From Bordetella ansorpii (GTDB lineage: Bacteria; Pseudomonadota; Gammaproteobacteria; Burkholderiales; Burkholderiaceae_B): a stretch of DNA of 24,000 nucleotides. A program made the position numbers and the translations under genes. The stretch's first letter is position 1. Every line of letters starts with the position of its first letter. The DNA lies in assembly GCF_900078315.1 (NCBI RefSeq), contig NZ_FKBS01000025.1, positions 648,171 to 672,170 of the forward strand, given 5' to 3'. The notes under the pieces were generated by a model. The model ran no database searches. It was not told the origin of the DNA and saw only the letters and a program-made list of their open reading frames with translations. This document shows positions 8,404 to 17,348 of this stretch, piece by piece.

Positions 8404-8433
8404 AAGCGGAATTCCATGACGGGAATTCCGCTT
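8404..8433. repeat. Perfect 12-bp inverted repeat / stem-loop (AAGCGGAATTCC-atgacg-GGAATTCCGCTT)
   Basis: Read directly. The arms 8404-8415 and 8422-8433 are fully complementary with a 6-nt loop, and each arm carries GAATTC. It lies 85 nt after the creD stop with no U-tract on either strand, so its role as a terminator is uncertain. Confidence 0.5.
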
Positions 8434-8840
8434 CCTTCACATGGCCGGCTCAATATCGGGATCGGCCTGATGCAACGGCCGATATGTCCCAGTGACAAAA
8501 ATGGCGCCCGACTATAACTGCAACATATGCCGCATTAATAGGTATACCAGTCCGATATTTTCTACTTCTGCGCGTGAACCGGTCCCAAAAATACTAAATC
8601 ATGCCTATCGCATTTTTGTTGCCGCGCCATGCCCCGTATCCATTCGACCCCTGTCCCGCCCTGCCGGCCTGATACGCCCCGCGCGGTCCTGTTCCGCTCT
8701 GCCTGCGCAGCAAGGCCGCGCGCACGCCTCGAGCGATTGCCCGCCTACCGTTGATCACGGCATACGTGGCAAACGAGGTCCGCGGGCTGCGGGCACGCCC
8801 GCGCAGGCCCAACCCCTTCGCCGCCGCATCACGACCGAAG

Positions 8841-10085
8841 ATGCGGCGCCCCGACCGCAAGACCGGTCGCCGCGCGGCAGCCGGGTCCGGCAAGACGCGC
8901 GCGGCACGACCCGCCGCGCAGACCCTCGTCGCGCATGAACTGCGTACGCCGCTCAGCGGCCTGATCGCCATGCTGGCCACCCTGCAACGCACCAGCACCG
9001 ACGCCCAGCAACACCGGCTGATCGAACTGGGGCAGATGGCGGCAGACCACCTGCTGCGCCTGCTGGACGGCATTATCGATTCCGCGCTGCCGGCATCATC
9101 GGCGCCGGAAGCCTTCGACCTGCACGCACTGTGCCGCGACACGCACGACTTCTGGCGCGAAAGTGCGCAACGCAAGGGCCTGCGCCTGGATCTGGGCCTG
9201 GATGGCAACGTACCGGCTTACGTGCTGGGTAATCCTTTGCGGCTGCGCCAGATCCTGTTCAACCTGTTGGCCAACGCCCTGAAGTTCACCCACCGCGGCA
9301 GCGTGGCGCTGCGCGTGCGCCGGCCGCACGCCTCGCCCACGGTACGCTTTACCGTCGAGGACAGCGGCGTGGGGATCGCGGCGGACGAGCAGGCGCGTCT
9401 GTTCCGGCCCTTTCGGCGCACACGCGCCGCCAGGCTGTCGGGCTACGGCGGCGCCGGCTTGGGACTGGCGATCAGCCAGGAACTGGTGCAGGCCATGGGA
9501 GGCCGCATCGCGCTGCGCAGCCGCATCGGCCTGGGCACCCGAGTCACGGTGGACCTGCCGCTGCCCGTTGCCGATGGCCCGCCGCCTCCTGCCTCTGTCT
9601 GGCCTGCGCGCCCCAAGGAAGCCAGCACGCGGACGGCGCAAGCGCCCGCGTCCCGCCACACGGACGAGACACGTGCGCCCGCCGGCGATTGCCACAGGCC
9701 GCACCACGGCAGGCGGATCCTGCTGGCCGAGGACAACCCCATCGCACGCGAACTGATCGGCTTGCAATTGAGACAGCTCGGCCTCGCCCATGACACGGCG
9801 GCGGATGGGCTGGAAGCGTTAGGCCGATTGCGCACCAGACAGTACGGCCTGCTGCTGACGGACGTGCGCATGACGGGCATGAGCGGCGCGGCACTGGCCC
9901 GCCACATCCGCCGCGCGGGGTTCTGCAACCTCCACGGAGGACCGCTGCCGGTGATCGCCTTCTCCGCGGGCCATCCCGCTTCCATCGCCGCCCTGGACCG
10001 CCGCTTCGACGAATGGCTGACCAAGCCCGTCTCGCAAGCCGAGCTGGCTGCCTGCCTGCAGCGGTGGCTGCCGAAAGAGGCTTGA
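8841..10085 (+). CDS. Hybrid histidine kinase / response regulator lacking any sensor or TM domain (HisKA-HATPase-REC)
   Basis: H-box LVAHELRTPLSG, N-box NLLANALKFT, G1 EDSGVGI and G2 GYGGAGLGLAIS, then a Pro-rich linker and a receiver (ILLAEDNPIA, LLLTDVRMTGMSG, VIAFSAG, TKP). The H-box begins about 25 aa after ATG 8841; the alternative TTG 8751 adds only basic low-complexity residues. Confidence 0.8.
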   Translation: MRRPDRKTGRRAAAGSGKTRAARPAAQTLVAHELRTPLSGLIAMLATLQRTSTDAQQHRLIELGQMAADHLLRLLDGIIDSALPASSAPEAFDLHALCRDTHDFWRESAQRKGLRLDLGLDGNVPAYVLGNPLRLRQILFNLLANALKFTHRGSVALRVRRPHASPTVRFTVEDSGVGIAADEQARLFRPFRRTRAARLSGYGGAGLGLAISQELVQAMGGRIALRSRIGLGTRVTVDLPLPVADGPPPPASVWPARPKEASTRTAQAPASRHTDETRAPAGDCHRPHHGRRILLAEDNPIARELIGLQLRQLGLAHDTAADGLEALGRLRTRQYGLLLTDVRMTGMSGAALARHIRRAGFCNLHGGPLPVIAFSAGHPASIAALDRRFDEWLTKPVSQAELAACLQRWLPKEA

Positions 10086-10355
10086 AGCAACCTGGCGAAA
10101 AGCGCCGAGGCCTGCGCGGCGCCCACGCGCTCTTCACGAAGACTGAACACCTGTTGACGCTGCCAGCATGGCAGGCCAGGGGTGTCACTCCTAAAATCGC
10201 CTCCGATAAAAAGCCCGATCCACGCCTGGAGTATCGGGCGCCGGCGGCACCCGCCCATTCGCCCAATCCAATGAAAACAGGGCATGGCGGTGCACGACGA
10301 CGGGCCATTGCAGTCCGAGGCCCGGCCCATTCCCACAATAATCAGGAGACAATCC

Positions 10356-11330
10356 ATGACCCCTATCCGACGCCGCATCCTGCGGGCCTGTAGCGCGCTC
10401 GCCTGCGCCATCGCATTGCCGGCGGCAGCCCAGGATTTCCCGCCGAACAAACCCGTCACGCTCATCGTCGGCTTCGCCCCCGGCGGCGCCGCCGACTCCG
10501 CCGCGCGGCTCATCGCCAAGAAACTCAGCGAGAACGTCGGCCAATCCATCGTGGTCGAGAACAAGGGCGGCGCGGGCGGCAACATCGCGCACCAGCAGGT
10601 CTCCAATGGCCCCACCGATGGCAGCATGCTGCTGTTCGGCTCCATCGGTCCGCTGGCGATCGCCCCGCACCTCATGAAGGTCGGCTACGACCCGTTCAAG
10701 GATCTTGCGCCCGTGTCGGGCGGCGTCAACTTTCCGAACGTCCTCGTGGTCCACAAAGACCTCGGCGTCAGCAATCTGGCCGAATTCGTGGCCCTGGCCA
10801 AGAAGGGCCATCGCGTCGAGTTCGCCTCCACCGGTCCGGGCTCCGCCTCGCACCTCGCGGGGGAAATGTTCAACCAACGCGCGGGCATCGAGATGGTCCA
10901 CATCCCCTACAAGGGCGGCGCCCCCGCCTTGCAGGATCTGCTGGGCGGCCGGGTCGCCTCATACTTCTCGGCGCCGCCGACCGCGATGCCGCACGTGGAA
11001 ACAGGCAGGCTCGTCCCGCTGGCCACCACGGGCCTGAAGCGCCCGAGCTACCTGCCCAACATCCCGACCGTGGCCGAGTCGGGCTATCCCGGTTTCGAAG
11101 CCCTCAACTGGTATGCCTTCGTCGCGCCCGGCAAGACGCCCGCACCCCTGCTGGACAACTGGAATCGCGAGATCGTGAAGGTGTTGGAGGATCCCGAAGT
11201 GAAGGCTGCGCTCGACAAGCATGGCCTGACGCCGCAACCGACCACGCGGCAAGGCCTGGCGGATTTCATCCGTTCAGAGTCGGACAAGTGGGCCCAGGTG
11301 GTGCGCGAACGCAAGATCACGGCGCAGTGA
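10356..11330 (+). CDS. Bug-family (TctC-like) tripartite tricarboxylate transporter periplasmic binding protein
   Basis: 324 aa with the signal peptide MTPIRRRILRACSALACAIALPAAAQ, followed by DFPPNKPVTLIVGFAPGGAADSAARLIA and ASTGPGSASHLAGEMF...HIPYKGGAPALQDLLGG, the Bug family signature. AGGAGA lies upstream of ATG 10356. Confidence 0.9.
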   Translation: MTPIRRRILRACSALACAIALPAAAQDFPPNKPVTLIVGFAPGGAADSAARLIAKKLSENVGQSIVVENKGGAGGNIAHQQVSNGPTDGSMLLFGSIGPLAIAPHLMKVGYDPFKDLAPVSGGVNFPNVLVVHKDLGVSNLAEFVALAKKGHRVEFASTGPGSASHLAGEMFNQRAGIEMVHIPYKGGAPALQDLLGGRVASYFSAPPTAMPHVETGRLVPLATTGLKRPSYLPNIPTVAESGYPGFEALNWYAFVAPGKTPAPLLDNWNREIVKVLEDPEVKAALDKHGLTPQPTTRQGLADFIRSESDKWAQVVRERKITAQ

Positions 11331-11390
11331 ATCCAGCGGGTCCGCGCGGCCGGTGGTGCGGCCCCGGCGCGCCGGTTCGTCCGCGACGCA

Positions 11391-11418
11391 AAAGCGCCTC
11401 CGCGTACGGACGGGCTTT
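11391..11418. terminator. Putative bidirectional intrinsic terminator between the convergent Bug gene and acyl-CoA synthetase gene
   Basis: AAA-GCGCCTCCG-cgta-CGGACGGGC-TTTG: a 9-bp stem with 2 mismatches, flanked by an A-tract on the 5' side and a T-tract on the 3' side, so either strand would read hairpin plus U-run. It is imperfect. Confidence 0.35.
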
Positions 11419-11424
11419 GTGCAC

Positions 11425-13071
11425 TCAAGACGGAACCGGGTCGCCTTCGGACAAGTCCGCCGCCTGCTCGCGCAGCACGTACTTCTGGATTTTTCCCGTC
11501 GACGTTTTCGGCAAGGGCCCGAACACCACCGTGCGCGGCACCTTGAAGCGCGCCAGCCGCGCGCGGCAGAATTCGATGATGTCCTGCGCGTGCGCATCGT
11601 GCCCATCCTTCAGCGTAACGAAGGCGCAGGGCGTTTCGCCCCAGGTGGCGTCTGGCCGCGCCACCACCGCCGCCTCCAGTACGTCGGGATGGCGGTACAG
11701 CACGCTCTCCACCTCGACCGTCGAGATATTCTCGCCGCCTGAAATGACGATGTCCTTGGCCCGATCCTTGATGGCCACGTAGCCATCCGGATCGACCACG
11801 CCCAAGTCCCCGGTGTGGAACCACCCGCCCGCGAACGCCTCGTCCGTGGCGCGGGGATTCTTCAGATAGCCCTTCATCACGCTGTTGCCCTGCACGACGA
11901 TCTCGCCCATGGTCTGGCCATCGGCGGGCACCGGCCTCATGTCCGGATCGACCACCTGCGTGCGTTCGACGTTGATCTTGCGCACGCCCACCCGCGCCTT
12001 CAAGGCGGCACGCTGTTCGAGTGGCCGCTCATCCCATTCGGCGTGCCAGGCACATCCCATCGACGGACCATAGGTTTCGGTCAGCCCGTACTGATGAGAG
12101 ACATCGATGCCCAGTGCATCCATGGCCTCGATCACCGCGGCGGGCGGCGCGGCGCCACCCGTCACGACCAGCACGCGATGTTCCGACCGTCGACGCACGC
12201 CCTCTGGCGCATTCACCAGCATGTTCAAGACCACCGGCGCCCCGCAGAACAATTCGGCCCGCAGCTCGCGGATGGCGCCGAACACCTGTGCCGCCTCGAC
12301 CTTGCGCAGGCACAGATTGGTGCCCGCCACCGCCGCCACCGTCCACGGAAAACACCAGCCGTTGCAATGGAACATCGGCAAGGTCCACAGATAGCGCACG
12401 TGCGCCGGCACGTTGCTCGACAGCACGTTGCCCATGGCGTTCAGGTACGCCCCCCGATGGTGATACAGCACGCCCTTGGGATTGCCGGTCGTGCCCGAGG
12501 TGTAGTTCAGGCAGATGGACTGCCATTCGTCCTCGGGCCAGGTCCAATCCCAGCAGGGTTCCACAGCCGCCAGCCAGGCCTCGTATTCCGCATCGCCCAA
12601 CAAGCCGTGCGGACCGGCAAACCCCGTGTCCTCGATTCGCACCACCCGGGGGGGCTGCGGCAGGCGGCCCAGCACGTCGGCCACCACGCCCGCGTATTCG
12701 CTGTCGTACAGCAGCACGCGCGCCTCGCCATGTTCCAGGATGAAGGCCAGCGTCGCGGCATCCAGGCGCGTGTTCAACGCGTTCAACACACCGCCCGCCA
12801 TGGGCACGCCGAAATGCGCCTCGTACAGCGCGGGCGTATTGGGCGCCAGCACCGCCACGGTGTCGCCCGTTCGCACGCCATCGGCCACCAATGCAGCAGC
12901 CATGCGGCAGCAGCGTTCGTAGGTCTGGCGCCAGCTCTGTTCAAGCGCGCCGTGGATCAGCGCGGGGTGATCGGGATAGACCCGCGCGGCACGCTCGATG
13001 AAACCCAGCGGCGTCAGCGCGACGTGATTGGCGGTGTTGGGCGCCAGATCGTCCTTCAAGGCCTGCGGCAT
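11425..13071 (-). CDS. AMP-binding acyl-CoA synthetase / fatty-acid--CoA ligase family
   Basis: 548 aa with the AMP-binding core motif YTSGTTGNPKGV, plus QYGLTETYG, WFHTGDLG, KDIVISGGENIS and PKTSTGKIQK. I place the start at ATG 13071, preceded by AAGGAG with a 6-nt spacer; the track start at 13104 adds 11 aa without an SD. Confidence 0.9.
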   Translation of the reverse strand: MPQALKDDLAPNTANHVALTPLGFIERAARVYPDHPALIHGALEQSWRQTYERCCRMAAALVADGVRTGDTVAVLAPNTPALYEAHFGVPMAGGVLNALNTRLDAATLAFILEHGEARVLLYDSEYAGVVADVLGRLPQPPRVVRIEDTGFAGPHGLLGDAEYEAWLAAVEPCWDWTWPEDEWQSICLNYTSGTTGNPKGVLYHHRGAYLNAMGNVLSSNVPAHVRYLWTLPMFHCNGWCFPWTVAAVAGTNLCLRKVEAAQVFGAIRELRAELFCGAPVVLNMLVNAPEGVRRRSEHRVLVVTGGAAPPAAVIEAMDALGIDVSHQYGLTETYGPSMGCAWHAEWDERPLEQRAALKARVGVRKINVERTQVVDPDMRPVPADGQTMGEIVVQGNSVMKGYLKNPRATDEAFAGGWFHTGDLGVVDPDGYVAIKDRAKDIVISGGENISTVEVESVLYRHPDVLEAAVVARPDATWGETPCAFVTLKDGHDAHAQDIIEFCRARLARFKVPRTVVFGPLPKTSTGKIQKYVLREQAADLSEGDPVPS

Positions 13072-13268
13072 GGCTGTCTCCTTGTCGGTATCGGAGACGG
13101 CCATCCGGCAACGCGGGACCGCTCCGGCGGCTGCTTCGGCCGCCGGGCCAGTGTAAGGCCTGTCGCCGGATCAGAACGAATGGCGGCGGGGTACGCCCGC
13201 GCCGCTGGCGCCGCCCGGTCGAGGCCGCGCCGCCCCCCCCTCGGCGCACGGCATCCGCCCGCCGCGCC

Positions 13269-14642
13269 TCAATACCGCAGCCGCATCACGCTGGCTACGC
13301 CCGCCAGCCCGGCAAACGCCGTTCCCAGCCACAGCGCCGTCACGGCGCCATGCTGGGTCGAGATGTTGAAACACGCCGCCACCAGCGCCGCGCCGGTGGA
13401 TTGCCCCAGCAGCCGCACCGTGCCGACCATGCTGCTGGCGCCGCCGCTGCGCGCGTGCGGCGCCGAGGTCATGATGGCGTGTACGTTGGGCGACTGGAAA
13501 AAGCCGAAGCCCGCGCCGCAAAGGGCCATGCGCCAGCCGATGTCGAACGCGGACGGATGGGCCGGCATGCTGGCCAGCAGCCCCATGCCCGCGCACAGCG
13601 CCACCAGGCCCGCGCCCGCCAGCAGGCCCACGGGATAGCGGTCCGACAGGCGTCCCGCCGCCGAGGCCACCAACGCAACCGCCACCGGCCAGGGCGTGAT
13701 CAGGAACCCGGTCGCCACCTGTGAATACCCCAATTGCTGGAACATGAAGGGCAGCGACACGAAGGCCAGCGCCTGCGTGGCGAACGAGCACACCCCCGTG
13801 GCCGCGGACAAGGCGAACATCGGCCTGCGCAGCAGGTCCAGCGCCAGCATCGGTGCGGGGTCGCCAGCCTGCCGCCGCAACAGCGCAAGCAGGAACACCA
13901 GCGTCAGCGCCGCCGAGACCAGCACGTCCGTCCACGTGCGCGCGTGCGCGCCTTCGTTCAAGGTGTAGACCAGCAGCGCAAAGAAACACGCGCAGAACAC
14001 CGCTGCCACCTTGTCGAAGGCGCGGCCGTTCAACGGCGTGACCGGCAACGACTTCAGGCCCAGATGAACGGCCAGGATGCCCAGCGGCACGTTGATGAGG
14101 AACAGCCAATGCCAGCTGGCCACCGACAGGATCAGTGACGCCAGCGTGGGCCCTGCCGCGAACGACACGGCCACGACCAGTGAATTCAAGCCCACGCCGC
14201 GGCCCAGCTGGCCCGAGGGATAGACAAAACGCAATACGGCCGCGTTGACCGACATCAGCCCGGCCGCGCCCAGCCCTTGCGCCACGCGCGCCGCCACCAG
14301 CCATTCCAGCGAGGGCGCCAGGCCGCAGGCCAGCGACGATAGGGTGAACAGCATCAGGCCCACCATGCTGACCCGGCGGTGGCCCACGATCTCGCCCAGC
14401 GCGCCGGCCGGCAGCAACGCCGCGATCATCGCCAATTGATAGGAACTGACGATCCACACCGACAGCGCGTCGGTGGTTTGCAGATCGCGTGCCATGGTGG
14501 GCAACGCAGTGTTGGCGATGGCCGTGTCCAGGCTGGACATGCCCACGCCCAGCAACAGCGCCAGCACCGCCCTCCACCGTTCGGCGTATGGAACGCCTTC
14601 GCCTATCGGGTATTGGTGAGTACGCGCAAAGCTGAACAGCAT
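13269..14642 (-). CDS. MFS transporter, DHA2 (EmrB/QacA-like) drug:H+ antiporter type
   Basis: Multi-TM protein with SSLDTAIANTALPTMARDL (MFS motif region after TM1), GALGEIVGHRR (a motif-A-like loop) and about 14 hydrophobic segments. The start is uncertain: ATG 14642 gives 457 aa, GTG 14741 gives 490 aa. Confidence 0.85.
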   Translation of the reverse strand: MLFSFARTHQYPIGEGVPYAERWRAVLALLLGVGMSSLDTAIANTALPTMARDLQTTDALSVWIVSSYQLAMIAALLPAGALGEIVGHRRVSMVGLMLFTLSSLACGLAPSLEWLVAARVAQGLGAAGLMSVNAAVLRFVYPSGQLGRGVGLNSLVVAVSFAAGPTLASLILSVASWHWLFLINVPLGILAVHLGLKSLPVTPLNGRAFDKVAAVFCACFFALLVYTLNEGAHARTWTDVLVSAALTLVFLLALLRRQAGDPAPMLALDLLRRPMFALSAATGVCSFATQALAFVSLPFMFQQLGYSQVATGFLITPWPVAVALVASAAGRLSDRYPVGLLAGAGLVALCAGMGLLASMPAHPSAFDIGWRMALCGAGFGFFQSPNVHAIMTSAPHARSGGASSMVGTVRLLGQSTGAALVAACFNISTQHGAVTALWLGTAFAGLAGVASVMRLRY

Positions 14643-14921
14643 GACGGTGAACGGCGTGGAGAAATGAAGAACGAGAATGGCCGCACGCGCGAGACGCGTG
14701 GGTCGCGAAGCCGTCGATATTACTCCCGCGCCGCACGGCACTCTTTTTCAAGGCATATTGCCAGCGGGCTGTCGGATAAGGGGTCGTGCCGACCCCTGCG
14801 ATGGCGTCGGCTCACGCGAATGGCGTGCGGAACAAGGCGTTTGCGGCGCGGCGCGCGATCCGGCCAGGCCTGTCGCCGCGCCTCGCTCGAGACACCCGTG
14901 GCCACTTCCCATCCCGATGCG

Positions 14922-15611
14922 TCAACCCACGGCCAGCCACGTCAAGGCCCCTACGCCACCGAGCAGCGTCAGGCTCATCAGCACACCATCGCGCGTGGTC
15001 AACGCCAGGCCGAACAATGCCAGCACCGCGCCACAGGCGGAATTGGCCATCGGCACCATTTCCAAGGGCGGCATCACAATGCAAATGAACAGGCATAGCC
15101 CCGCCACGCTTCGCACGCCGATATTCCCGGTCATCCATCGCAGGCGCGAGCGGCAGACGAATTCGCTGGCGCGCGCCAATGGCCGCAGAAAGCGGATCGC
15201 CCGCTGCAGCAGTTTGCGCTTGACCTGCCGCCGCAGCAGCCAGGGCGGCAACCAGATGTGGCAACGGCCGATGACGATCTGCGCGGCGCTCAGGCCCACG
15301 AGCACGGCCGCCGTCGTGGGCATGCCCGGCACGTGGCCCAGCGGCGACATGATCAACAACCCGACGATCAGGATCAGCGGGGCGAAGCTGGTGCGCCCGA
15401 TGGCGTTGAGCATGCGTTCGACCGATACCTCGCAATCCCGGCAGGTCAGGCGGTCGAGGCGGTCCAGCATCACGGAAAGCTTCGGCGCGGCCCGCCAGGC
15501 GCGCCGGCGGAAACGCGCACCATGCGCCTGCCCGGCATCCAGGTGGGCGGCGACGAGCGAGCCCGCCTGCATGGCCTGTGCGCGAATGTTGGCGGGTTGG
15601 CGAGTCTCCAT
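14922..15611 (-). CDS. ExoD-family exopolysaccharide synthesis membrane protein
   Basis: SFAPLILIVGLLIMSPLG.VPGMPT...IWLPPWLLRR...L.R...FLRPL...RLRW...LEMVPMANS..GAVLALFGLALTTRDG matches the ExoD family layout. I chose ATG 15611 because the track start at 15737 would read through the tRNA-Pro terminator hairpin. Confidence 0.75.
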   Translation of the reverse strand: METRQPANIRAQAMQAGSLVAAHLDAGQAHGARFRRRAWRAAPKLSVMLDRLDRLTCRDCEVSVERMLNAIGRTSFAPLILIVGLLIMSPLGHVPGMPTTAAVLVGLSAAQIVIGRCHIWLPPWLLRRQVKRKLLQRAIRFLRPLARASEFVCRSRLRWMTGNIGVRSVAGLCLFICIVMPPLEMVPMANSACGAVLALFGLALTTRDGVLMSLTLLGGVGALTWLAVG

Positions 15612-15710
15612 GCGCAGGCCTTCCGCAACTCGCGTGCCTGGGCCACGGATACCTGGGCGCTTCGTGCCAGGCCAGGATGGCCGCCGGGGTGAGCCCCGGC
15701 GGCAAAAAGC

Positions 15711-15746
15711 AAAAAAGCCGGCATTGCATGTAGGCAATACCGGCTT
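15711..15746 (-). terminator. Rho-independent terminator downstream of tRNA-Pro
   Basis: The minus strand reads AGCCGGTATTGC-ctacat-GCAATGCCGGCT followed by TTTTTTGCTTTTTG (12-bp stem, one C-A mismatch). It lies 38 nt after the tRNA 3' end. A second GC hairpin (15681-15702, CCGCCGGGG-tgag-CCCCGGCGG) follows. Confidence 0.7.
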
Positions 15747-15784
15747 CTGCCGACGGTTTCGGGAACCGCCATGACCAACTGAAT

Positions 15785-15861
<77 letters not shown>

Positions 15862-16021
15862 ATTTTTACCACTGCACCGATGCAGACAAACGGCTGGGTT
15901 CGGGCCCAACTGCTTGTGCGTTTGCTTGTGCGTTGCTTTGCTCTTTGCCGTAAGCCACTCGGGACTTATGCTTGGGGCTTATGCATCGCACTAACTACGC
16001 CGCACCAACTGCGCTTTTGCA

Positions 16022-16987
16022 TCAGCGATCGCGTTTAACCGCGAAAGCGCAGAATTCTAACAGGGATTCTCGATAAATGGAAATGGGGTAGTCCGCCAGG
16101 GCTGCGCGGGCCAGTTCCGCCTCGGCCTGGGCGGCCTGCAAGGCGTGCTCCAGCGCGTCGGTGGCCTGGATGGCCTGGGCCACGGCCTCGAAGTCGGCGT
16201 CGCCGGTTTCGATGGCGCGGCGGATCAGTTCGCGCTGCTCGGGCGTGCCGACTTCCATGACGCGGATCAGCGGCAGCGTGGGCTTGCCCTCGCGCAGGTC
16301 GTCGCCCACGTTCTTGCCCAGCGCCTGGGCATCGCCGCTGTAGTCCAGCACGTCGTCGACCAACTGGAACGCCGTGCCCACGTGGCGGCCATAGGCGGCG
16401 GCGGCTTCCTGCTGGGCCGGCGTACCGCCCGCCAGCACGGCGCCGACCTGGGCGGCGGCCTCGAACAGCTTGGCGGTCTTGTAGCGCACCACCTGCAGGT
16501 AGCGTTCTTGCGAAACGTCGGGATCGTGCACGTTCAGCAATTGCAGCACCTCGCCCTCGGCGATCACCGTGGTGGCCTCGGACAGGATCTGCATGATGCG
16601 CATGTTGTCCGCCTCGACCATCATCTCGAACGAGCGCGAATACAGGTAGTCGCCCACCAGCACGCTGGCGGCGTTGCCGAACACGGCGTTGGCGGTGTTG
16701 CGGCCCCGGCGCAGGTCGGACTCATCGACCACGTCGTCGTGCAGCAAGGTGGCCGTGTGGATGAACTCGACCACCGCGGCCAGCAACTGGTGATAGGTGC
16801 CGGCATAACCCAGCGCGCGCGCCACCATCATCAGCATGGCCGGGCGCATGCGCTTGCCGCCGGCGCCGATGATGTAGTCGCCGATGGTGCGGATCAGGAC
16901 GACTTCGGAATTGAGCCGGTCGCGGATGACCGCATCGACGGCCTTCATGTCTTCGGCAATGGGAGCGATCAGCGCGGAGAGAGTCAA
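16022..16987 (-). CDS. ispB: Octaprenyl-diphosphate synthase (trans-polyprenyl diphosphate synthase)
   Basis: Two Asp-rich motifs (LLHDDVVDESDLRRG and FQLVDDVLDY), GGKRMRPAM, and a C-terminal ...VKRDR as in IspB. I place the start at TTG 16987 (321 aa, matching IspB length); ATG 16948 is the alternative. The track ORF to 17326 is an upstream extension. Confidence 0.9.
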   Translation of the reverse strand: MTLSALIAPIAEDMKAVDAVIRDRLNSEVVLIRTIGDYIIGAGGKRMRPAMLMMVARALGYAGTYHQLLAAVVEFIHTATLLHDDVVDESDLRRGRNTANAVFGNAASVLVGDYLYSRSFEMMVEADNMRIMQILSEATTVIAEGEVLQLLNVHDPDVSQERYLQVVRYKTAKLFEAAAQVGAVLAGGTPAQQEAAAAYGRHVGTAFQLVDDVLDYSGDAQALGKNVGDDLREGKPTLPLIRVMEVGTPEQRELIRRAIETGDADFEAVAQAIQATDALEHALQAAQAEAELARAALADYPISIYRESLLEFCAFAVKRDR

Positions 16988-17075
16988 AACCGGATCCGGG
17001 AATAGGGTGAGCCAGGCCCCGCGGCTCGGGTAGCGTGCCGCGCGGCAAGCGCGCGGGTTTCGGGGGCCGGCCAGA

Positions 17076-17081
17076 ATTATA
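17076..17081 (-). promoter_or_regulatory. Candidate -10 element (TATAAT) for ispB
   Basis: The minus strand reads a perfect TATAAT, about 90 nt upstream of the proposed ispB start, in otherwise GC-rich DNA. I found no good -35, so this is tentative. Confidence 0.3.
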
Positions 17082-17313
17082 CTGACATGGTCGTCGCTGC
17101 CCGGTGGCTCAAGTCCGCGCCCTGCGGGGCCGGTGCGACCGTCTCTCGGGCAGGTACCCGGCCAGCCCGCCGGATCCAGGCGGCCCTGCGCCGCGGCAGG
17201 CGCGCGCTCAATCCCCCCGGCCACGCCGGCAACCGTCGCCCCTGGGCCAGAGTCGCGCTGTCCCCCAAAAACCACATGCCGCCGGCCATAAACCCTTACG
17301 CCACAAGGCGTTT

Positions 17314-17342
17314 TTGACTTTCGCACCAGTCCGGGCTAGAAT
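17314..17342 (+). promoter_or_regulatory. Sigma70-type promoter of the rplU-rpmA(-obg) operon
   Basis: TTGACT (17314-17319), an exact 17-nt spacer, then TAGAAT (17337-17342). The predicted transcription start is near 17349, leaving a ~260-nt leader before rplU. Confidence 0.6.
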
Positions 17343-17348
17343 CCTCGA

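Noticed and set aside
10133-10148. TTCAC-gaagac-TGAAC upstream of the Bug-family gene as a possible third cre-tag
   Set aside because: The second half-site matches only 3 of 5 positions, there is no tandem partner, and it could easily arise by chance.
13118-13141. GC-rich hairpins built on CCGGCGG/CCGCCGG (here CCGGCGGC-tgcttcg-GCCGCCGG; also 15681-15702, 19591-19610, 20789-20806) as a possible REP-like repeat family
   Set aside because: The arms differ in sequence and length apart from the trivially GC-rich core. Short GC palindromes are expected at this base composition, so I cannot support a repeat family without a genome-wide count.
15862-15889. TTGTCT ... TAAAAA/AAAAAT promoter-like hexamers on the minus strand directly upstream of tRNA-Pro
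   Set aside because: The -10-like element abuts the mature tRNA 5' end (15861), so the predicted start would fall inside the tRNA. The spacing is only 15-16 nt. The real promoter must lie further upstream, and I could not place it.
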